Shown here: one piece after another, positions 48,963 to 57,900 of the stretch
Layout of the letters: each line of letters begins with the position of its first letter
Numbering within the stretch: position 1 is the first letter of the stretch
Sequence record: NC_048170.1
DNA: 64,000 bases
Reading direction: 5' to 3' (one strand)
Translations under genes and position numbers: made by a program
The notes under the pieces: generated by a model
What the model saw: only the letters and a program-made list of their open reading frames with translations
The model's database searches: none
What the model was told of the DNA's origin: nothing

Positions 48963-48987
48963 TCACCTAGGTAATATAACCCTGAAA
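48963..48987 (-). promoter_or_regulatory. putative early promoter of chmA (copy 3)
   Basis: TTTCAGGGTTATATTACCTAGGTGA, 21/25 identical to copies 1 and 2. Confidence 0.7.
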
Positions 48988-49152
48988 TTTTTTTCAATAT
49001 TGGTGTAACCACATTGAACGATATAAACCCCTAGGCGAACGCTGCCGAGAAGCAACATTCTTTCTACATATAATCAGGATATGTCTGTAAACTTTTACTT
49101 CTCTTATTGAGAGTAATGTCATATCCGTTTACTACCTTCTTACGGAGTTCGT

Positions 49153-50247
49153 ATGTTTCGTGTTTTAAATAACCTCCCGCGAACATCATCGGGTGTGCAA
49201 CCCGTCCCTCAGAAAGACTATCTAATACGCGAAGTTCAAAGAAACCTACAGACAATCCAGAACCACTATCAAGGTTTTACCTTCGCGGTTCAGAGCGATC
49301 ACATCCTTGCGTTGCTGCTCGCACAGCTCCCTATGAGATACGACATCTCAGTACAAACTTACTACGACATGATTCTCGATCTTACCCCAGAATTGGGTAA
49401 TCGTGTCAAGTTGACAACATCAAGATACGCGGGTAAGTTATTCGACGGTGCTTTCTATCCGGGACTGCACGAAGCTATTATCGCAACCGGTGAAAGTCGT
49501 CTTATTTCACGTGATGTTCTTGACAACTGGCGTAATTGGTCACCAGTTAGAATCGTGACGCACCCATACGCAAATCTTCGTTACATTCCTCTTCACCAAA
49601 AGCAGGTTGAAGAAGGACGAGGTTTTGCGGTCATTATGGTTGATGTGCCTTTGTTAGCGCTACAGTATCGAATGTGGTCTTTGGTCATGGGTCATAACGT
49701 CGACGGTAAATGGGTGGTTAAAGAACCGGTTACAAGCTTCCTTGCGAGTTTTCCGTTGGTTAACGCATTATACTCACACAACGATGTTGTTATACGCAAT
49801 CGTTGTTTGTGGGTATCACCGGCTAAGAATCCACTCAAATCACCAATTTACGTTAACGACCTTGATAACGTATTCAGCCAAGTCGTTCTGTCCGTACAGC
49901 ATCATTTATTACGAAGAAGACGAAGCTACACCGATATGCTTAAACAGATACCGAGTTTATACGGGGATCAGTACCAAGCAACCCGAATGGGTTACACCGT
50001 CGATCTTCGACAAACACGATGGGCAAGGGATCTGGGTTGTCTGTCATTATGGCAACAACTCGTCACATTGCAAAACGTATCTGAAAGCGTCGGGTTCAGC
50101 AGTCAAATCGATAACGACCTGTACCGTGCTGCTGACCGTAGTCTAAAAGAAGGTAACTGGGAGTCCTCTCCGTTACCTGGCGATTTAAGACGTGAAGTTA
50201 TCGCACAGGTTGCCGACCTCTTAAAAATTCTTCCCGCCGGTGCATAA
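49153..50247 (+). CDS. conserved hypothetical protein (probably late/virion)
   Basis: 364-aa plus-strand island between chmA and DNA polymerase, as in phiKZ-like genomes. Confidence 0.7.
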   Translation: MFRVLNNLPRTSSGVQPVPQKDYLIREVQRNLQTIQNHYQGFTFAVQSDHILALLLAQLPMRYDISVQTYYDMILDLTPELGNRVKLTTSRYAGKLFDGAFYPGLHEAIIATGESRLISRDVLDNWRNWSPVRIVTHPYANLRYIPLHQKQVEEGRGFAVIMVDVPLLALQYRMWSLVMGHNVDGKWVVKEPVTSFLASFPLVNALYSHNDVVIRNRCLWVSPAKNPLKSPIYVNDLDNVFSQVVLSVQHHLLRRRRSYTDMLKQIPSLYGDQYQATRMGYTVDLRQTRWARDLGCLSLWQQLVTLQNVSESVGFSSQIDNDLYRAADRSLKEGNWESSPLPGDLRREVIAQVADLLKILPAGA

Positions 50248-50267
50248 TCACCCCCCTCTTCCCTTGC

Positions 50268-50297
50268 ATCCTCCCAACCCGTAAGGGAAGGGAGGAT
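50268..50297. terminator. terminator between convergent genes
   Basis: ATCCTCCC...GGGAGGAT hairpin. Confidence 0.6.
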
Positions 50298-50313
50298 GGG
50301 GTGGTGGGTTATG

Positions 50314-52467
50314 TTATTCTGCGGTTTCTTGCTTCGGTAAATAACTTGCTGCAATGTCTTGGGCTAACAATGTATTGTTTTTATTCGAGATGAAAATACC
50401 GTAACTTTCCATTAACGCGTAATACGAACGAACGAGCGTAGAGATCAATCGACGAATATCCATACCTTGAATAAAGATATCAGGAAGCCCGGAGGCTTCG
50501 ATCACCGGTAATGGTATCGTTAAGTTGCTTATCGTTTTCTTATCGTTACGTACAATCCAATCACGGAAACGTTGTTGTAACCCTTTATCCTCCCAGGAAT
50601 CAATCCAATCGTTAAGAAGCGTTTTGTTCTTCGTCGCCAACGGCACACGAACCCCAACATAGGGCGGTTCCTGGCAATGGCCGTACGATTGAGCAAACAC
50701 CTCTTCCCACATATCGTAAGACTGTTTCGTTACCGCAACATGTGGCTTCACTTTAACACGTGTTAAGAAATCGGGATCACCTCGTTTCATGGACTCAACG
50801 ATTTCGTTTTCTAACGAGATAATATCATCAAGAACCAATCGAATGCTGATCTTCTCGTTACGTAACAGCTTATCCATGATACCACACATCATGCGTTCAA
50901 CACGTTTGACGATCATTTTTGGTGCTGACGCGTCACGCATAACCGGACCTTTCAATTCCAGCTTCGGTGGGTTGATAGGAACCCCCTCACGCATGGTCAT
51001 GTAACCGTAATAGTTTTTACCCATCGAGGTTAACGACAGAATCAAGAACATATATTCGTTCTTCATTTCCATCACGTACATATGCTCTTTCGCTACACCG
51101 ATATTACCAGAACACATCGCCATCAGATGAACCGTAATCTGCGTAACCAGATAGATAAGCGTATTTGCTAAGCGCGTCGAAACTGGATTGATCTCCATAT
51201 TTCCAAATCGCCACTGCACCCACTCCTGGCAGGTAAACACCGTCGAGTCGGTATCAGACAACACACCCACTTCACGGATTGCTGATGGGAAAGCATAAAC
51301 GCCAGCCGGTTGGTTCTCGGTACGCCAGAATGCCATAATCAAATCTGCGTAGCTTTGAATACGCTGTAGCATTAATTTTGTCGTCGCCGCAGTAAGACGA
51401 TAACCAAGTTCATTTCCTTTTTCTAGCGCTACGTAAATCGCTTCCCCGTTCAAGAACTCCGTGCATTGTGCTGTAATCCAAGCGACCGTGTTGTTATCCA
51501 TGGAAGCAATAATGGCTTTAGCCTCTTCCATCGTTTCAACAGGTTCGGATGCCAGCTCACATAACGAGTCAAGAAAATCTCGAACAAATTCAGGATTAAG
51601 CTCACGTAACGAGTACAGGTTATTGCTGTACATGTAGCAGGCACGTTCCAACGGTGTTAAACCGGTAATTAACTCCCGGATAGTCAGTTCTTTCTCTGGG
51701 TCGAAAGTATATCGATGCAAGCATTTCGATACGTTAGCCCAAACCTCTTCCGGCGTAGGGTAATGTAGTTTGTATTTTACCATTACCTGCTCAATGGCTT
51801 TGCGATCGCTGTTACGAACAATACTTACGATGTTTTCAATTGCGATATCACAATCGTAATAATGGAAATTGCCCGCAAGGAAGCGTTCGTTGTTCGCATT
51901 GGCTGAACCTGAAGCACAGCGACATGTTGTCGTTAAACTTGGATGCGCGATCGGATTATAAAAAGGGTTAAACTTGGACGCCTGGGTTCCTGACAAACTG
52001 TTGTTGTCTAACTTGGTGTTGGTTTGTCGTTTATCGTGTAACTCAGCTTCGTCTTTACGTCCGTGTGCTTGCGCTATCGACATTTGTTTCTTTTGTTTCT
52101 TACGCAACTTACCGTTTTCAACCGCGAAGTCGCTTAGCACACTGGAACGTGTTTCACGTGGATAACAGTTAGCCCATACCGGCGTGATAATTAAATTATT
52201 TTCTTTAATATCATTGAAGTATTGGCTGAACTTGATGACTTCTTTTTCACGATTTCCTTCGGTACGCTGTGTTAATACAAGACAGTCGGGATCAACCATC
52301 CCGTATTTTCCACCGGGACGAACCGTATCAAGGACAAACTGCAACGCTTCCTGCTGTGATATCCCACGCATGCGCATTAAGAACAGGGTATAATCCTGTA
52401 CCGCTTCTTTGGTCATATCCAACGTACGACCATATCCGTTTTCATCGTAAAAGAACGGATTTTCCAT
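50314..52467 (-). CDS. family B DNA polymerase, polymerase-domain subunit (phiKZ gp50-like)
   Basis: KQTNTKLDNNSLSG (motif B), LSDTDSTVF (motif C), KNYYG and LELKG. Confidence 0.9.
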   Translation of the reverse strand: MENPFFYDENGYGRTLDMTKEAVQDYTLFLMRMRGISQQEALQFVLDTVRPGGKYGMVDPDCLVLTQRTEGNREKEVIKFSQYFNDIKENNLIITPVWANCYPRETRSSVLSDFAVENGKLRKKQKKQMSIAQAHGRKDEAELHDKRQTNTKLDNNSLSGTQASKFNPFYNPIAHPSLTTTCRCASGSANANNERFLAGNFHYYDCDIAIENIVSIVRNSDRKAIEQVMVKYKLHYPTPEEVWANVSKCLHRYTFDPEKELTIRELITGLTPLERACYMYSNNLYSLRELNPEFVRDFLDSLCELASEPVETMEEAKAIIASMDNNTVAWITAQCTEFLNGEAIYVALEKGNELGYRLTAATTKLMLQRIQSYADLIMAFWRTENQPAGVYAFPSAIREVGVLSDTDSTVFTCQEWVQWRFGNMEINPVSTRLANTLIYLVTQITVHLMAMCSGNIGVAKEHMYVMEMKNEYMFLILSLTSMGKNYYGYMTMREGVPINPPKLELKGPVMRDASAPKMIVKRVERMMCGIMDKLLRNEKISIRLVLDDIISLENEIVESMKRGDPDFLTRVKVKPHVAVTKQSYDMWEEVFAQSYGHCQEPPYVGVRVPLATKNKTLLNDWIDSWEDKGLQQRFRDWIVRNDKKTISNLTIPLPVIEASGLPDIFIQGMDIRRLISTLVRSYYALMESYGIFISNKNNTLLAQDIAASYLPKQETAE

Positions 52468-52531
52468 AAATCCTCCAAAAGTTATTTAGTCTGTCTACAT
52501 CATCTCGTATATCTGTTAAAAAAGAAGGACG

Positions 52532-52570
52532 GCATAAAAAAGAACCGATCCAGCCGAAGCCAGATCGGTT
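52532..52570 (-). terminator. intrinsic terminator
   Basis: AACCGATC...GATCGGTT, then TTTTTTATGC. Confidence 0.7.
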
Positions 52571-52765
52571 AAAAAGGATAATAACTGACAGAAAGATATC
52601 GATGATGTTCGTGAAACAAGATCTTCTCTCGTGTACAATGATGCTAGATCAGAGGGAGGTTGTAACACGAGAGGTGGTTCGCCAAAGAAGGAATAAAAAC
52701 ACGAACCTATCTTATTTCACTGATGGCACTAACCACTCAAAATATATAGTACTGTATGTAAAAGT

Positions 52766-53179
52766 TTACTGATTAATCAAGTCGTTAGCAACAATCTTGG
52801 TGTAACCTGCCTGATTAAGAATCTGATTAATTTTCGTTACGTCGGTCGCATCCTCAATAACGATGCTGGGTTTATAGATCAGCGTCTTGGTAACGACGAT
52901 TGTACTCTCCTTAATCCAAGGAATCCCTAGAATCACATACTCGCCATCGGCTGTAATGACCTCGACGTAATTGTATTTCGTCGGATCGTTCGGTACACTA
53001 GACGGGAGCCGGGAATAAATCTGTTGGTGAATGGCGTCTACATCACGGCCGTTGCGCACAGCCGTACGATAGTTGTACACGGCGCTAATTTCTACTCCGT
53101 TGAAGTTAACCCCAAGTTCTGGGGCGTATACATCAAAACTCACAACAGAGCCAATCTTTTCTAAATCAGAAGCTGGCAT
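52766..53179 (-). CDS. conserved small beta-rich protein (phiKZ gp49-like position)
   Basis: 137 aa; AAGGA RBS. Confidence 0.7.
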   Translation of the reverse strand: MPASDLEKIGSVVSFDVYAPELGVNFNGVEISAVYNYRTAVRNGRDVDAIHQQIYSRLPSSVPNDPTKYNYVEVITADGEYVILGIPWIKESTIVVTKTLIYKPSIVIEDATDVTKINQILNQAGYTKIVANDLINQ

Positions 53180-53190
53180 AATAGCATCCT

Positions 53191-53589
53191 TTATTTAAAA
53201 ATGTATTCGTATCCGAAGGTCGTCGCCGACCAGACCCGGATAGATGATAGTGTTCCGCCACGATAAAACGTTTTTGTGAATTCCATATCCTGGGCAACAC
53301 GATAATAAACACGTCCGATAATACGCACGATAAGGTTTCGTGATAACGATCTCTCCTCGCAGTATTCATCGATAAAGTCATCGTCGATATCCGATAAGAC
53401 AACATCCGCAATTTCTTGCAGTAGGTTCCTCATCAGCATCTGCCTTCCTTCGGTACCCCACCCAGACAAACAGTAATCGTCTTCTGCCTGACTATAGATG
53501 TCGTTAACCGCCTGTTCGAGCAGTTGCTCAAGATAGTAGTCATCGCGTTTTATAACGTGGCGACGGCGCTCAGTGGCGTATTTTTCCAT
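53191..53589 (-). CDS. hypothetical protein
   Basis: Start set at MEKYAT (uncertain). Confidence 0.6.
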   Translation of the reverse strand: MEKYATERRRHVIKRDDYYLEQLLEQAVNDIYSQAEDDYCLSGWGTEGRQMLMRNLLQEIADVVLSDIDDDFIDEYCEERSLSRNLIVRIIGRVYYRVAQDMEFTKTFYRGGTLSSIRVWSATTFGYEYIFK

Positions 53590-54038
53590 CCTGTGTTTCT
53601 CTTGTTCGGCGTATGTATTAACGACGCCACAGTCTTTTCTGGATCGTCCCACAATGCACGACGAAAACTGGATACTACCATAACGGTAGGATAGATTTGT
53701 ACAACCTCCCATCCGTAACGATGTGCGTTAGTCGTACGTCCGACATTGAACAGACATAGCTGATTTAAGAAACAGAGCTGCATCTTCGTAAACAACACCA
53801 TGTCTTCACGTTTAACGTATCCGAGGATATACGCATTCTCGAACGCCTCGCGTGACAAGACGGGACGATTAAGATACCGCAACGACAGTACCAACAACGT
53901 TGTTATGCGCAACGGATCTTCTGGGTCATTCATGGTGCTCAGCTCTGCTTGTAACCAGTCAGGGATAGTAACCGTCAGACGATAGGTATCTGTTCCACGA
54001 TCAACCACATTCAATGTTGAAAAAGGCAACATATCCAT
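53550..54038 (-). CDS. hypothetical protein
   Basis: 162-aa ORF. Confidence 0.65.
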   Translation of the reverse strand: MDMLPFSTLNVVDRGTDTYRLTVTIPDWLQAELSTMNDPEDPLRITTLLVLSLRYLNRPVLSREAFENAYILGYVKREDMVLFTKMQLCFLNQLCLFNVGRTTNAHRYGWEVVQIYPTVMVVSSFRRALWDDPEKTVASLIHTPNKRNTGWKNTPLSAVATL

Positions 54039-54495
54039 GAATTCCTTCTAGCTCGAGGTTGTTCTCGCCGGTCTTCGGTAATAACCCACTGGCCGTTAAC
54101 ATCTGCGTCATCGAGTAGTCAAAGCACGGAAATATCAGGTTAACGGTTTCCTGGATCGCGTCAACATAACTATAAATGGCTTCATAATACTCACCGTCAT
54201 GATCTACGCTAACCAGTTCCTGACACAGTTCTTCGCTTATCATTTCATATACCGGTGGATACCACGATTGAAATGGTCGCTGCATACGTAACGACCAATA
54301 CTCGTACGTCGTATACTGAAGCACGTCATAAGCCGATACGTTAATGCGGTCGAAGAAAGCATACTTGTCCATATGCTGATACAACATCGCCAGCACGGTT
54401 TCCAAGCACACCGATATCCGCACGCCGTCATCTTTCCCGTTAAGAAAATTAGGTTTCTGCCGATAACGCACAAATGCCGACGGCTTTGATTGCAT
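54001..54495 (-). CDS. hypothetical protein
   Basis: Start set at MQSKPS via TAATG coupling. Confidence 0.65.
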   Translation of the reverse strand: MQSKPSAFVRYRQKPNFLNGKDDGVRISVCLETVLAMLYQHMDKYAFFDRINVSAYDVLQYTTYEYWSLRMQRPFQSWYPPVYEMISEELCQELVSVDHDGEYYEAIYSYVDAIQETVNLIFPCFDYSMTQMLTASGLLPKTGENNLELEGIHGYVAFFNIECG

Positions 54496-54980
54496 TATTC
54501 CACCACCAACCATAACGTCATACTCGTATCTAACGTAAAATTGAAATGCCACCAATCTTCTACACGTGGAATCCACGTACGAAGGATTTGGTTAACTTCG
54601 CTTCGCATCACCGATAAACGACAACGAAAATCGAACTTCTCATCATGACCGTAGTCTTCATGCATGAAAACTTCATCCAAAACGAACTCAAGTTGCATGT
54701 CGACATCACGGCCAGAGATATTCCGTTTGTACAAATACAACTCAATCGTGTCGTAAAGCAACGTATGAATATCATAATTTCCGTTCGGTGAGAAATAAGG
54801 TAATCGCTCATCGAGCATCGAAAACAGATATTCACTGTAGTTTAATAACGGGATGATGTACCGACGCCCTGTCTGTGGTGTGCGAATATGTATCGAAACC
54901 TGACTTGGGCGCGGAATAACCGACGGCTTAGAATCGTCTCTCTGAAATTGCTCTAAAGATCGCAACAAAGGTGGCCGCAT
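54495..54980 (-). CDS. hypothetical protein
   Basis: Start set at MRPPLL (uncertain). Confidence 0.6.
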   Translation of the reverse strand: MRPPLLRSLEQFQRDDSKPSVIPRPSQVSIHIRTPQTGRRYIIPLLNYSEYLFSMLDERLPYFSPNGNYDIHTLLYDTIELYLYKRNISGRDVDMQLEFVLDEVFMHEDYGHDEKFDFRCRLSVMRSEVNQILRTWIPRVEDWWHFNFTLDTSMTLWLVVE

Positions 54981-55323
54981 TGTAACTCTCCAACGCCCAA
55001 TTGTAAGGCCCTTCCAACATGTGTTCCCATACGTGAATAAACTCACTACCGAAGACAGGCTCTAGTGCCATAGTGAGATTCGTAAGTTCTGACGCGGCCG
55101 CATGGTAAGCATCAACATGTCTTTCCATTGACGGATCGTCTTCATTGAAAATACGTTCTGTATCGCCAGCGCGCTCAATAAGTTCGGTAATGAGATCTGT
55201 CCATGTCTCGTGACACGTCATCATTTCCTGTTCTCGACTTAGTATGCCGATGTCTGCGTGGACGCTGGACTCGAACCGGTCTAAAAGGACCCGAAGAACG
55301 TGCACCTTGTCGATGTATTTCAC
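54928..55323 (-). CDS. hypothetical protein
   Basis: In-frame GTG at 55323 (KYIDKV...) minimises the overlap; the open frame extends to 55557. Confidence 0.55.
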   Translation of the reverse strand: MKYIDKVHVLRVLLDRFESSVHADIGILSREQEMMTCHETWTDLITELIERAGDTERIFNEDDPSMERHVDAYHAAASELTNLTMALEPVFGSEFIHVWEHMLEGPYNWALESYNAATFVAIFRAISERRF

Positions 55324-56152
55324 CGTTATCCAGGAAAGCGGTTGCCACCGACTCAGCATCCATCCGGTACTCGGGAACCCCAAACTCATATAGTACGGGT
55401 TGCACCGGACCGAAGACGGAGCGACGTTGTTTAAATCGCTCCTTAAGGGCAAGGCCTTGTTTAATATAAACGGGTTCATTGGCGAGCTGTTCCGCTTTTC
55501 GTTTTGCGTGAGCCAATCGAAGTTCTTCCAATTGCCCAAGCCATTCAAATTGTTCATCTGTTAGCTCCTGGGGACGTTCAACAATCGCGCCAGATGGGCA
55601 GACATTGATCGTGATGTTAATTGACGGCATCGCCATCACTCGAGGATTACTATTACGTACGCGGACAACGTGTTCGGTTGCTGATTTACGATCGACGCAA
55701 TACTCTGTTTCTTGGAACTCAAATGCTTTTAACGGTGTTGGTTTTGTTTGACGTTTAGGAACGCGGCCAAGATCGACAATATAGGCATAATCGCACACAC
55801 GTTCTATTCCGTAAATACGGTTATCCGACCAGTTCTTACCAAACAGCTTGTTGTGATGATAAGACAAATATTCGGTTACCATACCCTGGACAACATCGAA
55901 GTCTTCTCGAAATTCAGGTTGGTACCAAATCGGGCCGAGAATATCTGCGAACGATTCATGACGATATCGAGGATCATGTCGAGTCCAGGTCATTCTCTGA
56001 TTAAGATCGAAATCCACCAACAACTCGGTTAATTGCAATTTTTCCTTCGGAGAAAGCTGGCGTTGATGATGCAAACTCAGGCAATCGATAAGCGGTAATG
56101 AAACCCACGATGCTAATGTGTACAAATCGATCCTGGCTAATCTCTTGGTCAT
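55175..56152 (-). CDS. hypothetical protein
   Basis: 325-aa ORF whose 3' end overlaps the next gene. Confidence 0.65.
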   Translation of the reverse strand: MTKRLARIDLYTLASWVSLPLIDCLSLHHQRQLSPKEKLQLTELLVDFDLNQRMTWTRHDPRYRHESFADILGPIWYQPEFREDFDVVQGMVTEYLSYHHNKLFGKNWSDNRIYGIERVCDYAYIVDLGRVPKRQTKPTPLKAFEFQETEYCVDRKSATEHVVRVRNSNPRVMAMPSINITINVCPSGAIVERPQELTDEQFEWLGQLEELRLAHAKRKAEQLANEPVYIKQGLALKERFKQRRSVFGPVQPVLYEFGVPEYRMDAESVATAFLDNGEIHRQGARSSGPFRPVRVQRPRRHRHTKSRTGNDDVSRDMDRSHYRTY

Positions 56153-56243
56153 ACTCTTTTCCTAAGTCCCCATTGTTTATACACACGATATCTGGGAATA
56201 GTTAAAATATACGGCGTAAAACGAAGCAGGAGAGTTTCTGACG

Positions 56244-56564
56244 TCATTTTCTCCCTCTTCGAATACCACCGATACCTCTTTCGTCTAAGACGTCCCAAGC
56301 ACGCTTTATTTCATCCTCCGTTGCTCTGGTATCTGGAGGGACAACCATAACACAGTCGTGGAATGGCCAATGTGTAGGTCTGGGGTTAGCGAACAAATCA
56401 TCCCATTCAAATGTCCATTCTTTCTTTGAGCGATTGTAGTAGAGCGTAAGGTACGTGTTGGTATACGCCGGATAACCACGCATAACTTCAATATCCTTAC
56501 GATCTTGCCGTTCCTGATTCCAATCGTTAAACCGCTTTCTTATTTTCTCCCACCACTTTCCCAT
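56244..56564 (-). CDS. hypothetical protein
   Basis: 106 aa; AGGAG RBS. Confidence 0.7.
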   Translation of the reverse strand: MGKWWEKIRKRFNDWNQERQDRKDIEVMRGYPAYTNTYLTLYYNRSKKEWTFEWDDLFANPRPTHWPFHDCVMVVPPDTRATEDEIKRAWDVLDERGIGGIRRGRK

Positions 56565-56579
56565 GCTTTCTCCTACACG

Positions 56580-56607
56580 GCATAAAAGCCTGCCCCGAAG
56601 GACAGGC
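56580..56607 (-). terminator. intrinsic terminator after the phuZ unit
   Basis: AGCCTG...CAGGCT, then TTTTATGC. Confidence 0.65.
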
Positions 56608-56617
56608 TCGATAGAAC

Positions 56618-56818
56618 TTAATAACCATCCAATTTCAATGAAGGATGGTTGACGATATGTGCGTGTTTTGCTGGGTCATATAGCTGATATGGAAAATAGC
56701 CATGCCATTGACGGCCTTGGCATTTCGTACACAGGAACTGACCAACACCTTGTCGATTCTCGTAAGCGAGTTCGGTACTATCAACATGTCCGCAACGTTC
56801 GCAGATAAACAGCGACAT
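56618..56818 (-). CDS. small Zn-finger protein
   Basis: CERC...LCTKC...WHG.F. Confidence 0.65.
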   Translation of the reverse strand: MSLFICERCGHVDSTELAYENRQGVGQFLCTKCQGRQWHGYFPYQLYDPAKHAHIVNHPSLKLDGY

Positions 56819-56855
56819 AGCGCATCCCCATTCACTTGAACCTTTTGGTTCGGCA

Positions 56856-57836
56856 TTAGAAAAGCAAGAAACCGCTATTCTTCGCTTCCGCTACAGTTTC
56901 GTCACCAACTTTCGGTGCTTGTTGACGTGCGTTACGATGTTCGATGTAACGTTTCGCTTCGTCAGCGATTTGTTTGATAATACCCCCTAAACGATCGGTA
57001 CTTAAAACAAACGACGTCGCTTCACGAATCGGGCTGCTTTCAGGCACAAAACCATCACAGCTATAAATAGCGCTAACACCCATGACTTTTGTCGCGTCTT
57101 TCGGATAAAGCGTACAGAAAGCAATCGGGCTATCGTTCTCTTTCGTCCATTCGTATCCCATGAACGTATTCAGTTCGGTGATCGTCGGTTCCAAACCGGT
57201 AACACGTGGATGGTTTAAGAAGTTTTCCAGGTCGGCGCTGTCAAGACGACGGTTCTCGCCAGAAAACAGAACACAAAGCTGGCTAATAACAACCTGCACG
57301 TCCAGGTTGACATCCTGCTCCGATTTCCCATTTTCGCCATTCATGTGATAGCTAACAATCACTGGACGTTTCAACCCTTCTGCAGCCGCCATCAGTCCTT
57401 TGAAGGTGCGATCGGCGTTGATCGTCTGGCGCTCATCATCGAACGAGGCAACGATACAACACACCACACGTTCACCGCGTTCCAGCAGGTTAGCAACCAA
57501 CGCAGGACCGGCAACAGAACCTGAACCACCGCTCAAACTAAAGACCACGATATTAAATTTACCTGGCGTATGCTTATTGAGAATACCTGGGATTTGTGAA
57601 CAGATCAGTTCAGCGTTCTCATCACGCTTCTTACCAGAACCGTCTAACTCACGACCAGCTGCATCTTTAAAGATGTAAATATGATCGTCGCCCAGTGTGC
57701 TATCGCGTAGGTTAGCGCGGCTGGTATCAACATACGTCATGCTGTGTAATCCTTTCGCGACTTCGCCTTCAAATGCTGAGCCGATTTCGCCACCACAACC
57801 ACCGACAGCCCAAATATGTACTTGGTTCTCTTGCAT
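56856..57836 (-). CDS. phuZ: PhuZ phage tubulin (spindle)
   Basis: AVGGCGGEIG, DTS..N, GSGKKR, SLSGGSGSV tubulin signature and D.ADL..F; short C-terminal tail. Confidence 0.93.
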   Translation of the reverse strand: MQENQVHIWAVGGCGGEIGSAFEGEVAKGLHSMTYVDTSRANLRDSTLGDDHIYIFKDAAGRELDGSGKKRDENAELICSQIPGILNKHTPGKFNIVVFSLSGGSGSVAGPALVANLLERGERVVCCIVASFDDERQTINADRTFKGLMAAAEGLKRPVIVSYHMNGENGKSEQDVNLDVQVVISQLCVLFSGENRRLDSADLENFLNHPRVTGLEPTITELNTFMGYEWTKENDSPIAFCTLYPKDATKVMGVSAIYSCDGFVPESSPIREATSFVLSTDRLGGIIKQIADEAKRYIEHRNARQQAPKVGDETVAEAKNSGFLLF

Positions 57837-57900
57837 GTGAACTCCTAATTTAATATGTATTTAACGCACAATGAATCTTTCTTTGCTAAAGGGGTGACCC

